DNA of 64,000 bases from Amoebidium appalachense (taxonomy: Eukaryota; Protista; Ichthyosporea), in assembly GCA_963693365.1 (NCBI GenBank), contig CAVNZM010000001.1, forward strand, positions 3,178,907 through 3,242,906, in the 5' to 3' direction. A program made the position numbers and the translations under genes. The notes beneath the pieces are model-generated. The model saw nothing but the letters and a program-made list of their open reading frames with translations. It searched no databases and was not told the DNA's origin. Shown one piece after another: positions 15,374-27,573 of this stretch. Numbering within the stretch: position 1 is the stretch's first letter; each line of letters starts with the position of its first letter.

Positions 15374-16835
15374 GGAGAGAGGCTGAGAGTGAGTGTGACA
15401 GGGTGTATGTGTGTGTGTAGGCAGAGAGATTGAGATTGCACGGACATACAATCACGTGCACACACACGTACACGCGTATATGTTTGTCGCCTCTTTGTTC
15501 TCAGTTTCTACTGTCTCATAGAAAGCATGCTGGAAAATATGTAATATAGTGCACACACGACAAGTTCGAAAGCAAGGTGCATGTCGCACGTGGCATGTGA
15601 ACTGTTTCATACATCGTCCATGGTAACCTCCAAACTCAACTTCCTTTTTCTCCACATGCTCAGCTCGTGGTGTTTCTGTTATCCTTCACGATTCCACACA
15701 CAAAAACACACATGACCTATGTCCTTCATTCTCTCACAAGGGAGCAGAATTGCATGGCAAGCGGGTTGTTCATCGCTAACCCCCCCCCCACACACACACA
15801 CACACGCACACACAGGCAACGTGCCAGCCCTCACACGACTAGTGCAAGCGTTCATTCTCAAGGGGGGCCAGATTATTGGGCCCGATGCAAACATCATGAA
15901 TGCACTGCTGGGCGTATTTCAGAAGCTGGTGAGTACACAGACACACATACACACAGAGAGAGAGAGAGGGGAAGGGTGAGGGGGAGGGGGAGGGAGGGAG
16001 TTAGGGAGAGGGCTAAGCCCACATTCAGATGCAGGCTCTGCTCCTGCACTCGGTGGCACCCATGCACAAGATTCGCGCGCACACTCACACACACACACAC
16101 AGAGAGAGAGAGACATTTGATTGCTGCATATGCGCCGATATTTCATTTCTTCGAGTCACGTGACTAAGGCAGCTGACCCGAATCCCGCAGATCTCCAGCA
16201 AGACCAACGACCACCACGGCTTTGCTGTCTTGGACTCCATCATCGAATGTGTGCCAAAGTAACTATTCCCCTCCCCCTTCCCCCCCCCCCCCACCCCCCT
16301 TGGGCCCTCCCTGAGGATGGGCTCTGCTTATGACGCATACTGCGCGCATGGCTATGTTGCATACTTGAATGTTTGCCTTTGCATGTGTCCTTCGTGTATG
16401 CGTACTTGGTACCGTGTTCCGCATTCAACCCCCCCCCCCCCCCCCCCCTCCCCCCCCCCCCTCTCCTTCCCAACCACCACCACCCGCGCACCCGCGCACC
16501 CACCACCCCACGGATATTCGAGCAGCATTCACATGTATGTCTTCAAAGACTGACTGTGTTGGTGCTTTTCCCTGATTTCTTGTTATGGAAATCTAGAAAA
16601 AAAAAGGATAATGCACATGTAGGCGAAAGATTGTTAAGTTTAACCTCAATATGATGTAGAATTGAGCCGAATGCCGACCTAGACCTTTAACTCCTGTTGG
16701 TTGGTGTGTATTGGCACCATCTTATGCCCTTTGGGCTCTGAAGGTGTGTGCATGCAGTACTATATATGAAGAGCAGCATTTATCTGTATGCATGCCTTTA
16801 TCTCACCTTGAGTGCCTCAAAGATTGATGGCACGT

Positions 16836-16907
<72 letters not shown>

Positions 16908-17341
16908 CTGTACCTCCAATTCCCCTTGCACCCCTCATCTGTAAACCAATGCTTTTGTTATCATGCAGCACGACGAGCAGCATAGTTGTACGTGTGCACC
17001 TTTTCATGTGCGCCTCCTCTAAATCACCTTGTCTCCCCTACAAATGTATTGACCTGTTTTTTTTTTTTGTTTTTTGTTTTTTTTTTGTTTTTTTTTTGGT
17101 GTGTGTGTTTTTCTTTTTATCAGGCAGTACTACGAGCAGTACCTCAAGCCCATCTTCATGATCCTGTTCCAGCGGCTGCAGGCAGCCAAGACGGCCAAGT
17201 ACGTCAAGGGCCTACTGGGCTTTGTGGCCCTGCTGATGGCTAAGCACGGCCCAGACCAGGCCATTGCCGTCGTGGACTCCATCCAGCCACAGTACGTATT
17301 GTTGGAACATATGTGCACGTGGATGGGGTGCTGCTGAAACA

Positions 17342-17411
<70 letters not shown>

Positions 17412-18062
17412 GGGGGGGGGGGGGGGGGGGGAATGGCGGCCCAGGGGATGTAGCAGGGAGTGGGGAGAGGGGGGGGGGGGGGGGGGGAATAAGAGAGAGG
17501 GGGTGAGAGTGAGTGAGAGAGCACACATTCACACACACGTACAAACACGCCCGTTCACCAACATGGCATACAGAAAAACACCCATACACACGCGCAGAAA
17601 TATCTACCTAAAACACGGACGGCTGGCGGGGGGAGCTTTTTGTGTGTGAGAGCGAGGGGGGTGAGGGGGGGGACATTTTTTTGTCCCTAGCTGTTTAGAC
17701 CGTGTTGTGTAGATGTGTAGGAGCTTATACCGAGCTATACATACTGATTAATCTCGATACTGACAGTTGCACGTATCCCCCCCCCCCCCCCCCCCCCCCC
17801 CCCCAAACACACACACACAGGCTGTTTGGGATGGTGATCAACTCGCTGTACGTGCCTGACCTGCAGAAGGTGTCTGGGCCCATTGAGCGCAAGACCTGTG
17901 CCGTGGGGATCACTGCCTGCCTGACACAGTCCCAGACAATGCTGTCCACATACCGCCAGCAATGGTGGGTGCTTACACACACACACACACACATTTTTTT
18001 TCCCTCCTACGCCCCTTCCCCTCCCCCCTCCCCCCTCCCCCCTCTCCCTCCTTCCTTCCCCC

Positions 18063-18098
<36 letters not shown>

Positions 18099-18244
18099 GG
18101 GGCGCCTTCCCGCCGGGCCGGGGAGGGGGGGAGTATTTCATGATCAACAAAACCTACGTTATGCTCCTAGACCTACGACTACCCGTCAAATCCTGATCCT
18201 GTGTAACCCTCACACAATGCATATCCATACGCGCGCGCGCACGA

Positions 18245-18327
<83 letters not shown>

Positions 18328-18742
18328 CCCGCCCTTCTCAACAGCCTGGTAGCACTTTTTGAGCTGCCCGAGGATGACCGTGATGACGATTTGGACTTTT
18401 TGGACGTCGACGCCCAGTCGGGGTACCAAAACGCCTACTCCCGTCTAGTGGTATGCCTATTCCCCCCCCCCCCCCCCCCCCCCCCCCACACACACCAAAA
18501 AAAAAAAAAAAAAAGACATGGGCAAATTAGGCGCTTAAGAAGCGTTCTACGATGTGATGTGTTAACTTTTTGGTTGCTCCAACCACAACCCAAGTGGGAA
18601 TGGTTTTGATCTCTATGGTGCAAAGATATGTTGCCAATGCACCGTTCCACTGAATGCAAAGCACACACTTGAGCAAGGGAAGGGACAAAGGTGGTATGTT
18701 CCACCCGGGGCGGGGGCTGGGTGGTCGGTGGTCGGTGTCAGT

Positions 18743-18774
<32 letters not shown>

Positions 18775-18972
18775 TTCGATCGCTCCATGTTTGGATCAAA
18801 CTGACTGGCTGAGTGCAGTTTTCCGGCAAGGCCGAGCATGACCCGTTTGCAAACATCAGCGACCCGCGGGCCAACCTTGCTACCTCCCTGGCCCAGCTGG
18901 CCTCGAAATTGGGCCCCGGCGGGGTACGTAAAAGTGCACGTGCTTTTCTTTATTTGTGCGTGTGTGTGTGCG

Positions 18973-19012
<40 letters not shown>

Positions 19013-19824
19013 CTTGTTGCTGTGTTTTTTCCTAATTCACTTACAAGAACGAACAGACTTTGTGCTCAGTCGACCTACGTTATTCGTGTCTCTTCGTCTT
19101 GCGCTGTTGACTGGGCAGTGTAACTGTGTGGCATGTTTGCAGAACTGTGCACGCAGTAAGGAAAGGCACAGTGGTGTAAAGCCGTGTGTGCTTGGGGCAT
19201 GCACACGTATGCACGTAGCAGGCCCTGCACACATGCATGTGTTGTGTTTGATTGGCCACGTGTGCACGGCTTTACCTGCAAAAGCTAGCCTTCCCCCCCC
19301 CCCCCCCCCCCCCCCCCCCTTTCCGCCACACACACACACACACACACACAACGCGCATGCGCTTGCGTCCACGCACACTTCTGCCCCCCAACGTTTGCAG
19401 TTGGTGACTTGATTCACGGTCAGTTTGCTCAGGACCCCCTTCTCCCCCCCTCCCCCCCCTCTCCCCGTGCGTGGGGCCCCTCCCAAACCATCAAATTCCC
19501 TCCCCCTCCCCTTTCCAACTGCCTGCTTTTTTTTATTTCACCTTGTAACTTACTTTACAATGCCTGTTGTTCTTGTATTTTCTATTCTACTCTCCTGTTC
19601 TCACTTTTTGTACGTGGGTTTCCTAGATTTGCAAGTTTTTGTGAATTTGATTTATTGATATCCCCCGGAATGTTTGCATTCTATTTTTCAATTCTTCCGA
19701 ATCTCGTTAACATTTTGTCGGATTTTTTGCCGTGCAGGTCCCTGGGCTGCTCAAGTTGGCCGACCCCACTGCAGTTAGCCACATCAGCCGATATGCTCAG
19801 GCCGCAGGGGTCACCCTTGCGTAG
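2309..19824 (+). CDS. CSE1L: Exportin-2 / CSE1 (CAS), importin-alpha export receptor; 27 coding exons, 976 aa
   Basis: GT-AG exons in continuous frame: 2309-2390, 3433-3578, 4809-4960, 5731-5826, 6281-6371, 6865-6973, 7692-7783, 8332-8457, 8896-8946, 9409-9538, 9917-9982, 10349-10458, 10863-10955, 11971-12117, 12701-12777, 13285-13362, 13829-13988, 14395-14495, 14676-14767, 15176-15298, 15816-15928, 16191-16258, 17124-17291, 17821-17964, 18327-18450, 18819-18923, 19738-19824 (2931 nt). Motifs [83 protein letters not shown] and C-terminal AAGVTLA are colinear with recalled CSE1L. Confidence 0.97.
7515..7685 (+). repeat. Degenerate ~24-nt minisatellite (~7 copies) just upstream of the CSE1 exon 7 acceptor
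   Basis: Recurring unit approximately TCTCCCTAATGGTGCATGCAATATA. Confidence 0.7.
16299..16430 (+). repeat. Dispersed intronic repeat, 'CCTGAGGATGGGCTCTGC' family
   Basis: Near-identical to 60654-60786; shares its head with the copies at 32715, 55161 and 59611. Confidence 0.85.
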
Positions 19825-20726
19825 AATCCCCCCACATGTCTGAAATTCGGGGGAGGAGTTGCCTTTTTTACATACCAGTTACTATTATATTATGGTTTCT
19901 GGTGGAACTATTTTGGGGCGAGTGTTGTTTTGGTAAAAACAGCACAATGTCATGCATGTGCGGCTTTCTGTGTATTACGGGCCATCAATTCTGGTGTGTG
20001 TTAATTAGCATAATCGTTTTCGTTGTTCCGGTACACCCAGGATTGTATTCTATATTTACCATTGAAAAATGCTCTTGTGTATTTTTTGACCTCTCGCTGG
20101 TTTTCGTGGCCCAATGAGTGGGGAAAGAAAGCTGTTGTGTGGTGGTGTTTCTTAGCCTTAGTGGTTGCTAAAAACATGCTAGAAATATATCAGCAGGTTT
20201 GTGTAGTGTTTGTGTATTTTTATCGCATTTACTAACACTTTGGAATTCTCCTGCAGCATACAAATTGCATAATTGGCCTAGGCAAGTACCAAATAAGGCC
20301 ACTTGTATTACCTTATATTGTCTGCTGGTGCAATTATCACCCCAGGCTGGCCTGGGGAAATTTAATACACATTCATACATCTGGTTTCTTGAAGAACGAT
20401 TGGCATCACTATCATTTTCGAAGCACCCAAGAAATAAAGTTGAACAAGCCATCCACTCAAATTAAATCTTTACTGCATGAAGCCTTACATCCCAACGCGC
20501 GACAACACGGCAATACCTTCCTCCCCCCCCCCCCCCCCCAAAAAAAAAAAAAAAGAAGAAGAAAGAAAGAAAAAGAACAGAAAAGAAAGAAAGAACATCA
20601 TCACCACCCACACACCCCGTTGCTCATAACCAGCCCACAAGTCCTCTACCCCATGCCCTACATACCAGGTGCATGTGCTTACTTGAAACGAGACATCTTA
20701 CATTTTATTGGTATGATATGCAACCC

Positions 20727-21252
20727 CTAACTATTCTCCAAATCCACAACAACAACATCATTCTGTTGTGTTTGTGTCTGCTGTGAGCTTTTGCGCAATG
20801 CCACCTCAATAACACCCCCTGCATCTGCAAACTCTCTCGGCCCAACTAGACGTAAATCCCCTACCGGGACTCGTTCAACATTCTCAACCCCGCCCTCCTC
20901 TCCACCCTGCCTTCCCTCCACTTTCTTCATCGCCCGTTTAAACCCCAACGTGTTCTGAGTCAAAACAACCACGTGTCCCGGTTCGAACCCTGTCATCCTC
21001 TGTGCGCATTCGCACGTCCGTGCAAGGTCATACTCGGGGGTATCCTGGGCGTTTACCGATTGGCAAAATGCAAGATCTTGTGATCGGAGCTGCAAAACAC
21101 CCAATCTCTCGTCGCATATATCCAGAATGCACCTCAGCTGCACCTTCACATATTTGAGCTCGTTGGCTGCCGTGGGCTTCTTTTTGAGCTTGTGGATCTG
21201 GATGGGTTTTTTTGGGGAGGGGGGGTGAGGGTGGAGGTGGGAGTGGGCAACG

Positions 21253-21298
<46 letters not shown>

Positions 21299-21330
21299 AG
21301 GGTTATGGTCAGCTTGATCGGCTTTTGAAA

Positions 21331-21367
<37 letters not shown>

Positions 21368-21735
21368 TTCCCCACCTCACTCCCCTGCCTTCCAATCCCC
21401 CCCTCCCCTCTCCTCCCCCCCCCCCCCCCTCATCCCCCCCCCCCCCATACACATGCACACACACACAAACACACGAATTCACGCACGCACGCACGCACGC
21501 ACGCACACACACACGCACACACACACACACACGCCGCCACCACCACCACCACCACCATCATATGACATGGGAGAATGGGAGTTGTGTCACAAAAAAAGAA
21601 AGATGGCGTGAGGACGGCTGAGATTCAGGGGGAAAGGGGGGGGGGGGGGAGGGGAATAACTGCGAGATTATGCGCACGCACTTGTGAATGACGAGGGGAA
21701 GAGGGGGTAAGGGGGATGTTTTTTTGTTTTTGTTT

Positions 21736-21779
<44 letters not shown>

Positions 21780-22884
21780 GGGGGGAGGCTTTGCGAGAGA
21801 AAGGGAATGGGGAAAAGAGGTTTATAATGCTCAGAATGTGTTACAGAGGACGAAGTACACGTGCATGATGGCAAGCACAATGCAGAGTGCAAAGCACACA
21901 CGGAGAGTATGTGTCATAAGCAAGGAGGGTGCGAGAAGGAGGGTGAAAGAATGGTGGGAGCGAGAGGGGCATACCTTCTTGTCCAGTGCATCAGTCAGAC
22001 ATATCGGCACAACAAATTTAACATGCCCCTGCGCCCTCTGAAGGGCCCTCCTCAGGAAGTCTAGGGAGATGTCGTTCAGGAACGACAGTTCCAGCACCAT
22101 AGCCCACTTGGGACCTCCACTATGTTCCCCCCCAGATGCACCCGAATTTTCGGTGAGGTTCCTAAGCATGTCTATTGCCGAAAGCCCTGGGTTGCTTCTG
22201 AGTACGGAAGTGTCAAATGGCGCAGAATTCAAAGGTGGGGGTCCTTGTGGAAAATCACCACCAGGCCTAAACATAGGACCGGGAAAGGGGACGTGGCTAT
22301 GGGGTGGTGGGGGTCTGAAACCGCCCGGGCGTGGAAAACGCATATTGAAGTGTGGCGGAGGGAAAGGAAGCGGTCCCATATTCGGCATTGGACCTTCCAT
22401 ATTAGGAAATGGTGGCCCCATATTCGGCATAGGTGGAGGAAAGCCGTGGGGAGGCCCTTCGGGGCGGAATCCAGGGGGGTGCATTGGATGTCGTTGGTTA
22501 TTTCGGTGTATCTCGTCCAGGTCAATTTTGTCGAAAATTCCAATTAGTTCAAGAGGGTCCTTTCCCTTCGTGCACAGAGCCCGGACGATCGACAAGCCCC
22601 CCATTGTTCCCATATTCACACCGTCGCTTGCGTAGGGGGGGTACTTCAGATTTGCCAAATGCTTCTTTTGATCTTTCAGGTTGACATTGAACGCCGACGT
22701 GTGTTCGATTTCCCGTAACATGCGCCATTCGATGGGAACGGTGGGGGGGTTTGTGTTTGTGTGGATTTCGGTCGGTGTCATGACTTGGGCAACACCAATG
22801 TATGTGTCTCGGCGAATGGCGATCAGGTACGTCGGAGGTGGGGGGGAGTCCCCGGCCTATGTGTGGGTGGGTGAGTGTGTGTGA

Positions 22885-22969
<85 letters not shown>

Positions 22970-23086
22970 GGGGAAGGGGGGAGGGGGGAGGGGGGAGGGG
23001 AGGGGATCATCCTGTTGTGTGAAGGTAGGCCCGTGCAGGTGTGCATGCACACGCTAAGGGTTTGTACATGAGCACGTGTGTACATG

Positions 23087-23183
<97 letters not shown>

Positions 23184-23298
23184 GGGGAAGGGGGGAGGGG
23201 GGAGGGGGGAGGGGAGGGGATCATCCTGTTGTGTGAAGGTAGGCCCGTGCAGGTGTGCATGCACACGCTAAGGGTTTGTACATGAGCACGTGTGTACA

Positions 23299-23370
<72 letters not shown>

Positions 23371-23709
23371 TGTGTATGTGTAGCATACAGAGTGGTGCAT
23401 GTGCATGAACCACAAGTCTTGGATGTGCCGACATTATGCCTTACACTCTGTGGTATATCATCACATATCAGAGAAGTGAACATGTGTGTTGCTGGAAGGG
23501 GAAGGAGGGGGAGGGGGGGGGGGGGGGGGGGGGGGGGGGCTGCCCTGTATATCACATGGTTTGAAGGTGCAACACTGAGAGCATGGCACAGAGTATTACT
23601 ACAGGCTATGAACTGTGCCTGAATGAATTGGGGAAAAAGAAAAAGGTCACGTGCAGTTGCCATCAGGAGGACAGGTCCCTAGTCATCAATATCTATCTCA
23701 GAGTGGGGG

Positions 23710-23746
<37 letters not shown>

Positions 23747-23918
23747 GGGGGGGGCAGGGGGAGACAGGGGGGGGGGGGGGGGGGGCACGGGAGACAGGGG
23801 GTGGGGGGGGGGGGGGGGGGGGGGGGGGGGGAGGGGGAAAGGAGGGAGAATATTGTGGGGTTACGCGGGTACGTTGTGAACTTGAGTGGGATGAGTGTGT
23901 GTTTCTGCTTGTGTGTGT

Positions 23919-23958
<40 letters not shown>

Positions 23959-24315
23959 GTGTGTGTGTGCGCGCGCGCGCGCGCGTGCGCGCATGTGTGT
24001 GTTTGCTTGTGCGTATATGCGTGCAACCAAGCATCTCAAAGGAAGAGATACTCACAGGGGCTTCTAAGAAAGACGTAGAAGGTTGGCTCCGGAAGTACAT
24101 GTGTGGGTGGGTGGGGTGGGTCCCCCCGAAGGGGGGGGGGGGGGGGGGGGGGGGGGGGGAGGAATCAGTGAGACACGGCCAGCAAAATCAAAAATCAGAC
24201 CAGAGGAAAGAGGTCAATGTGGGGCCAGACAGGTGGAGCAAGGGCAACGGGGGGAGGGGGGGGGGGGGGGGGGGAGGGGGGGGAGGGGAGGGAAGGGGGA
24301 AGAGGCTGTGTGTGT

Positions 24316-24360
<45 letters not shown>

Positions 24361-25709
24361 GTTCTTCCACCCACCCGCTTCCTCCTCTCGAGAGCATTTC
24401 TCAGGCCGTCGGTAACTGGCCATACCCAACTCCTACACGCAACATGCAGATCCGCATCGATAGGCACCACCGCAAAGAAATAGGACCCGTCTGGGATCTC
24501 AAACACCCGACCCTGCACGAACCGGCCGTACAACACCCTTCCAGGAAGCCTCTTTCCGAAAACGTTTCGTGAACTGGTGATTTCAATTTCATCGGTGTCA
24601 TTATTCTCCTCTGTTTCCTTTGCTTGTCCCTCTTGCACCTCTGCTTGTTCACTACTCCCCACTTGTGCGCTCAACCTCTCTCCAGTTTCTCCCCCTGAGT
24701 TCGTTTCACCCGTGGAATTTTTTCCTTTTCCACCTTCTACCCCCTCCTCTTTCCCGTCTTCCTTTTGCCCTTCTTCCTCACCCCTGCTATTATCACTCAC
24801 CTCCTCCGTTACATCTTCTTCCCCCACCTGGTCCCTTTTTCGACTGGTTTTCCTTTCTTCTGCCTTGGTTTTCTTTTTACTGTCTCGTTGCCGTTTCTTT
24901 TTCACTGGTCCCTCTTTCGATATTCCGTCCACTTTCCCAGCTCCCTTTCGCTCTATCTCTCCTTCCTTCTCCCCTTCTACCTCCTTTCCCCCTTCTTCCT
25001 CACCTCTGTTATCCTCATTCACACCCTCCGTTCCATCTTCCCCCTTCTGCTCCTCTGTTCGATGGGTTTTCTCGGCTTGTATCTGGGCTTTCTTTTTACT
25101 GTTTCCATGCCGCCCCCTTCTCACTCGCGATCTCTTGTTGGGGACTTCGTCCCCATTTCCAGCTTCTTCTTGCCTGCCCATCTCTCCTTCCTCCTCCCCT
25201 TCTCCCTCCTTTTGCCCTTCTTCCTCGCCACTGTTATCATCACTCACACCCTCTTTTCCCTCTTCTTCCCCCGCCTGCTCGTCTGTTTGCCCAGCTTTCC
25301 CATCCTGAAGTTTAACCTTCTTTTTCCTACTCCCTCGTCGTATCTTTTTCCCTGTTCGCTTCTTCGCGACTCCGTCACCTGTTTCAACATCATCTTGCTG
25401 TCCTATCTCTTCTTCCTTATTGCCTTCTGTGTAGTTTCCTTCAGCCCCCTCTGTTACTTCTGTTTGAGTTTGGGCTTGGTCCCTTCTTCTCTCCCCTTCC
25501 TCTCCTTCCTGGTCTCTGCTCTCTACTATTTCCACTTTCACATCTTCCTCCTCCTTCTTGCCTCCCTCTTTGTCATCCCTCTTTGCTCTCTTCGTTCTCT
25601 CTACTTCGATAATTTCCGAAATGCATTCTTCATCGGAATCCAGATTAATCACAACTATCTTCCTTTTCGTTTGCTTGCCAGCCTCATTTTCGCCCGTGTC
25701 CGTTGCCAT
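20727..25709 (-). CDS. 895-aa protein: charged repeat N-terminus, divergent YTH domain, Pro-rich linker, degenerate Swt1-like PIN domain
   Basis: Exons 25709-24375, 22856-21975 and 21197-20727, joined by phase-0 GT-AG introns and open throughout. YTH-like pattern across the exon 1/2 junction: SYFFAVV..LHVACRSWVWP..TYLIAIRRDTYIGVAQVMTP..PIEWRMLREI..ASDGVNMGTMGGLSIVRAL..KIDLDEIH. PIN-like pattern: AMVLELSFL..KFVVPICLTDALDK..LQLRSQ..PEYDLARTC..HVVVLTQNTLGFKRAM. The gene structure is solid; the domain calls rest on recalled motifs. Confidence 0.75.
21834..21923 (-). repeat. Dispersed intronic repeat family member, minus strand, in intron 2 of the YTH-PIN gene
   Basis: Reverse complement GCTTATGACACATACTCTCCGTGTGTGCTTTGCACTCTGCATTGTG...GTACTTCGTCCTCTGTAACACATTC aligns with 32750-32840. 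Confidence 0.7.
22885..23370. repeat. Exact tandem duplication (~214-nt period) bounded by (GT)n tracts
   Basis: The unique segment TTGGGGAAGGGG...GATCATCCTGTTGTGTGAAGGTAGGCCCG...GTACATGC occurs at about 22967 and 23181. Confidence 0.9.
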
Positions 25710-27573
25710 GTTTCAATCAAGTCATCCATGTAGCATTTATCGGTCGGTTACAGCCAACCATTTAAAAACAGCCGTCCAGACTCACCTGCAAGAAACAACC
25801 GAGTTCATGTGGTTAGTTGGCTTCAAGAAGAATTTTCGACTTGGATGCTTTTATAAGTCTGAGTCCTCTTTGAATGCTTCAAAATTCTGAGGCCTCTTCC
25901 AGATCAAAGAGTAAATGTGTGCGCGCACAACAATCGCGGTCAATACCACAGTCTGGCACTAAAACAGAGGAAACAAGGCTTTGCAGCAGATTTTTGACTG
26001 AAGAAACAAGAGGGAAAAAAATCTACCGGCCTTTTTTGCATTCAGCAAAACAGACAAAACGGAGAAAATTGAAGAGTGATTCAAGCAGTTGTATTTTGCT
26101 TTGGGTCATGCAAAGTGCAGGCTGGGTGTGCGGGGGGAGAGAGGGGGAGGGGGGAGGGGGGTGCTGTTACGTGCAAAAACCTGAACGCGCCTAAATGTAG
26201 CTGTGAAGCTGTGAGGGTCGGGAGGGAGAAGGAGGGGGGGGGGGGGGGGGAGGGGGAGGGGGGAGCGGGGGAGGGGGGAGGAATGGAGAATAAAGAGGCC
26301 GGGAGAGGGAGGGGAAAGGGGAGATGGGGCGGGAGGCGGCGGGGGCGGGGGAGGATTGGAGGGGGAAGAGTAAAGGGAAAAAAGAAGTGGCAGGGATGGA
26401 GAAGTGCCCAGCAAGAATTTAAACGCTAAGGCCCTTGCTTGTGAAAGAAAAAGAGAAATTGTACAAGCATAGAAGGTAAGAGGCGGACAAAGAATGCGGG
26501 GGAATGGGGAGAAGAGGGGGAGAGGACGGGGGGGAGGGGAGGGGAGGGAGGGAAAGGGGACGGAGGAGGAAGGGGGAGGGAGCGAGAGGGGAGGGAGGGA
26601 GGGGCGAGGGGGGGGGGGAGAGAGAGAAGAGAGAGGGAAAGGGACAGAGAGGGAGGGAGGGATTCCAAGATAGAGGGGGGGAAGGGGGGGGGGGGGGGGG
26701 GGGTTGGAGGGAGAGGGAGGGAGAGAGAGAGTGAGAGGAGAGAGGGGGGGGGGGGGGGGGGGGAGAAAGAGAGAGAGAGAGAGTGTGTGTGTGTGTATGA
26801 GAGGTAGGGGGGGGGGGGGGGGGGGGGAGAGCAGCAGCACAGCGACGGAGAAAAGGAGGGAACAGGGGAAGGGGGGGCGGGGTGGGGGTTTGGGGGGGGG
26901 GAGGGGGAAGGGATGACCGAGAATGACGTAGTGTACTGGGAGGTAGGGCGAGGGATGGGGGCGCAGGGGAGGGGCGAAGCGGGGAGGTTTGCACCTACCT
27001 GACTGAACCAGTCACCTCTCCATTCTTTTGCCCGGCTTCTCCGTTCGAGAAAAGCCACCTGCGGTCTGCGTTGCACAGTGTAGTATAATTTCAATCATGT
27101 ACGCACAGAAGGTACGGTCACCGTTAGCATGAAAGATGTCAGCACAGTGTACGCGGCAAGGGCAGGTGCTTCTATTTTTGGTTGAAACTTTGATCATGAA
27201 ACGAAACGAAACGAACGAAACGAAACGACGACGGTCCTCCTCGATTACGTGATTTGCCAGCTAGGGGGTTTATGTGTTTCATCTGAGGCACAAGAAACCA
27301 GTCTTAGGGGGGTTTTTGTATATTTACGTCTTTGATCTCTTCATTGCTATGTATCACGGAGTCCGTGGTCACTGACCCATAGAGGGCTGCGCATGCACTC
27401 AACCACACAGTAACAAGGCTTGACAGTAAGCCCAGCACCAGCCCCTTTGACCTTTATTGCTTGCCACTTCCCTCCCTTTCCCCTCCCCCTCCCCTCCCCC
27501 CTTCCCCCCCCCTCCCCCCCTCCCCACCCTCCCCCCCCCTCCCCCCCCCCCCCCAACAAGTTTGGTAACAACA

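Noticed and set aside
23555-23618. Extra exon in intron 1 of the YTH-PIN gene
   Set aside because: It has a good acceptor but no clear donor, and the YTH alignment is already complete with the direct exon 1-2 join.
24577-25733. Long plus-strand ORFs (243, 231 and 322 aa)
   Set aside because: Antisense shadows of the purine-rich exon 1 of the YTH-PIN gene.
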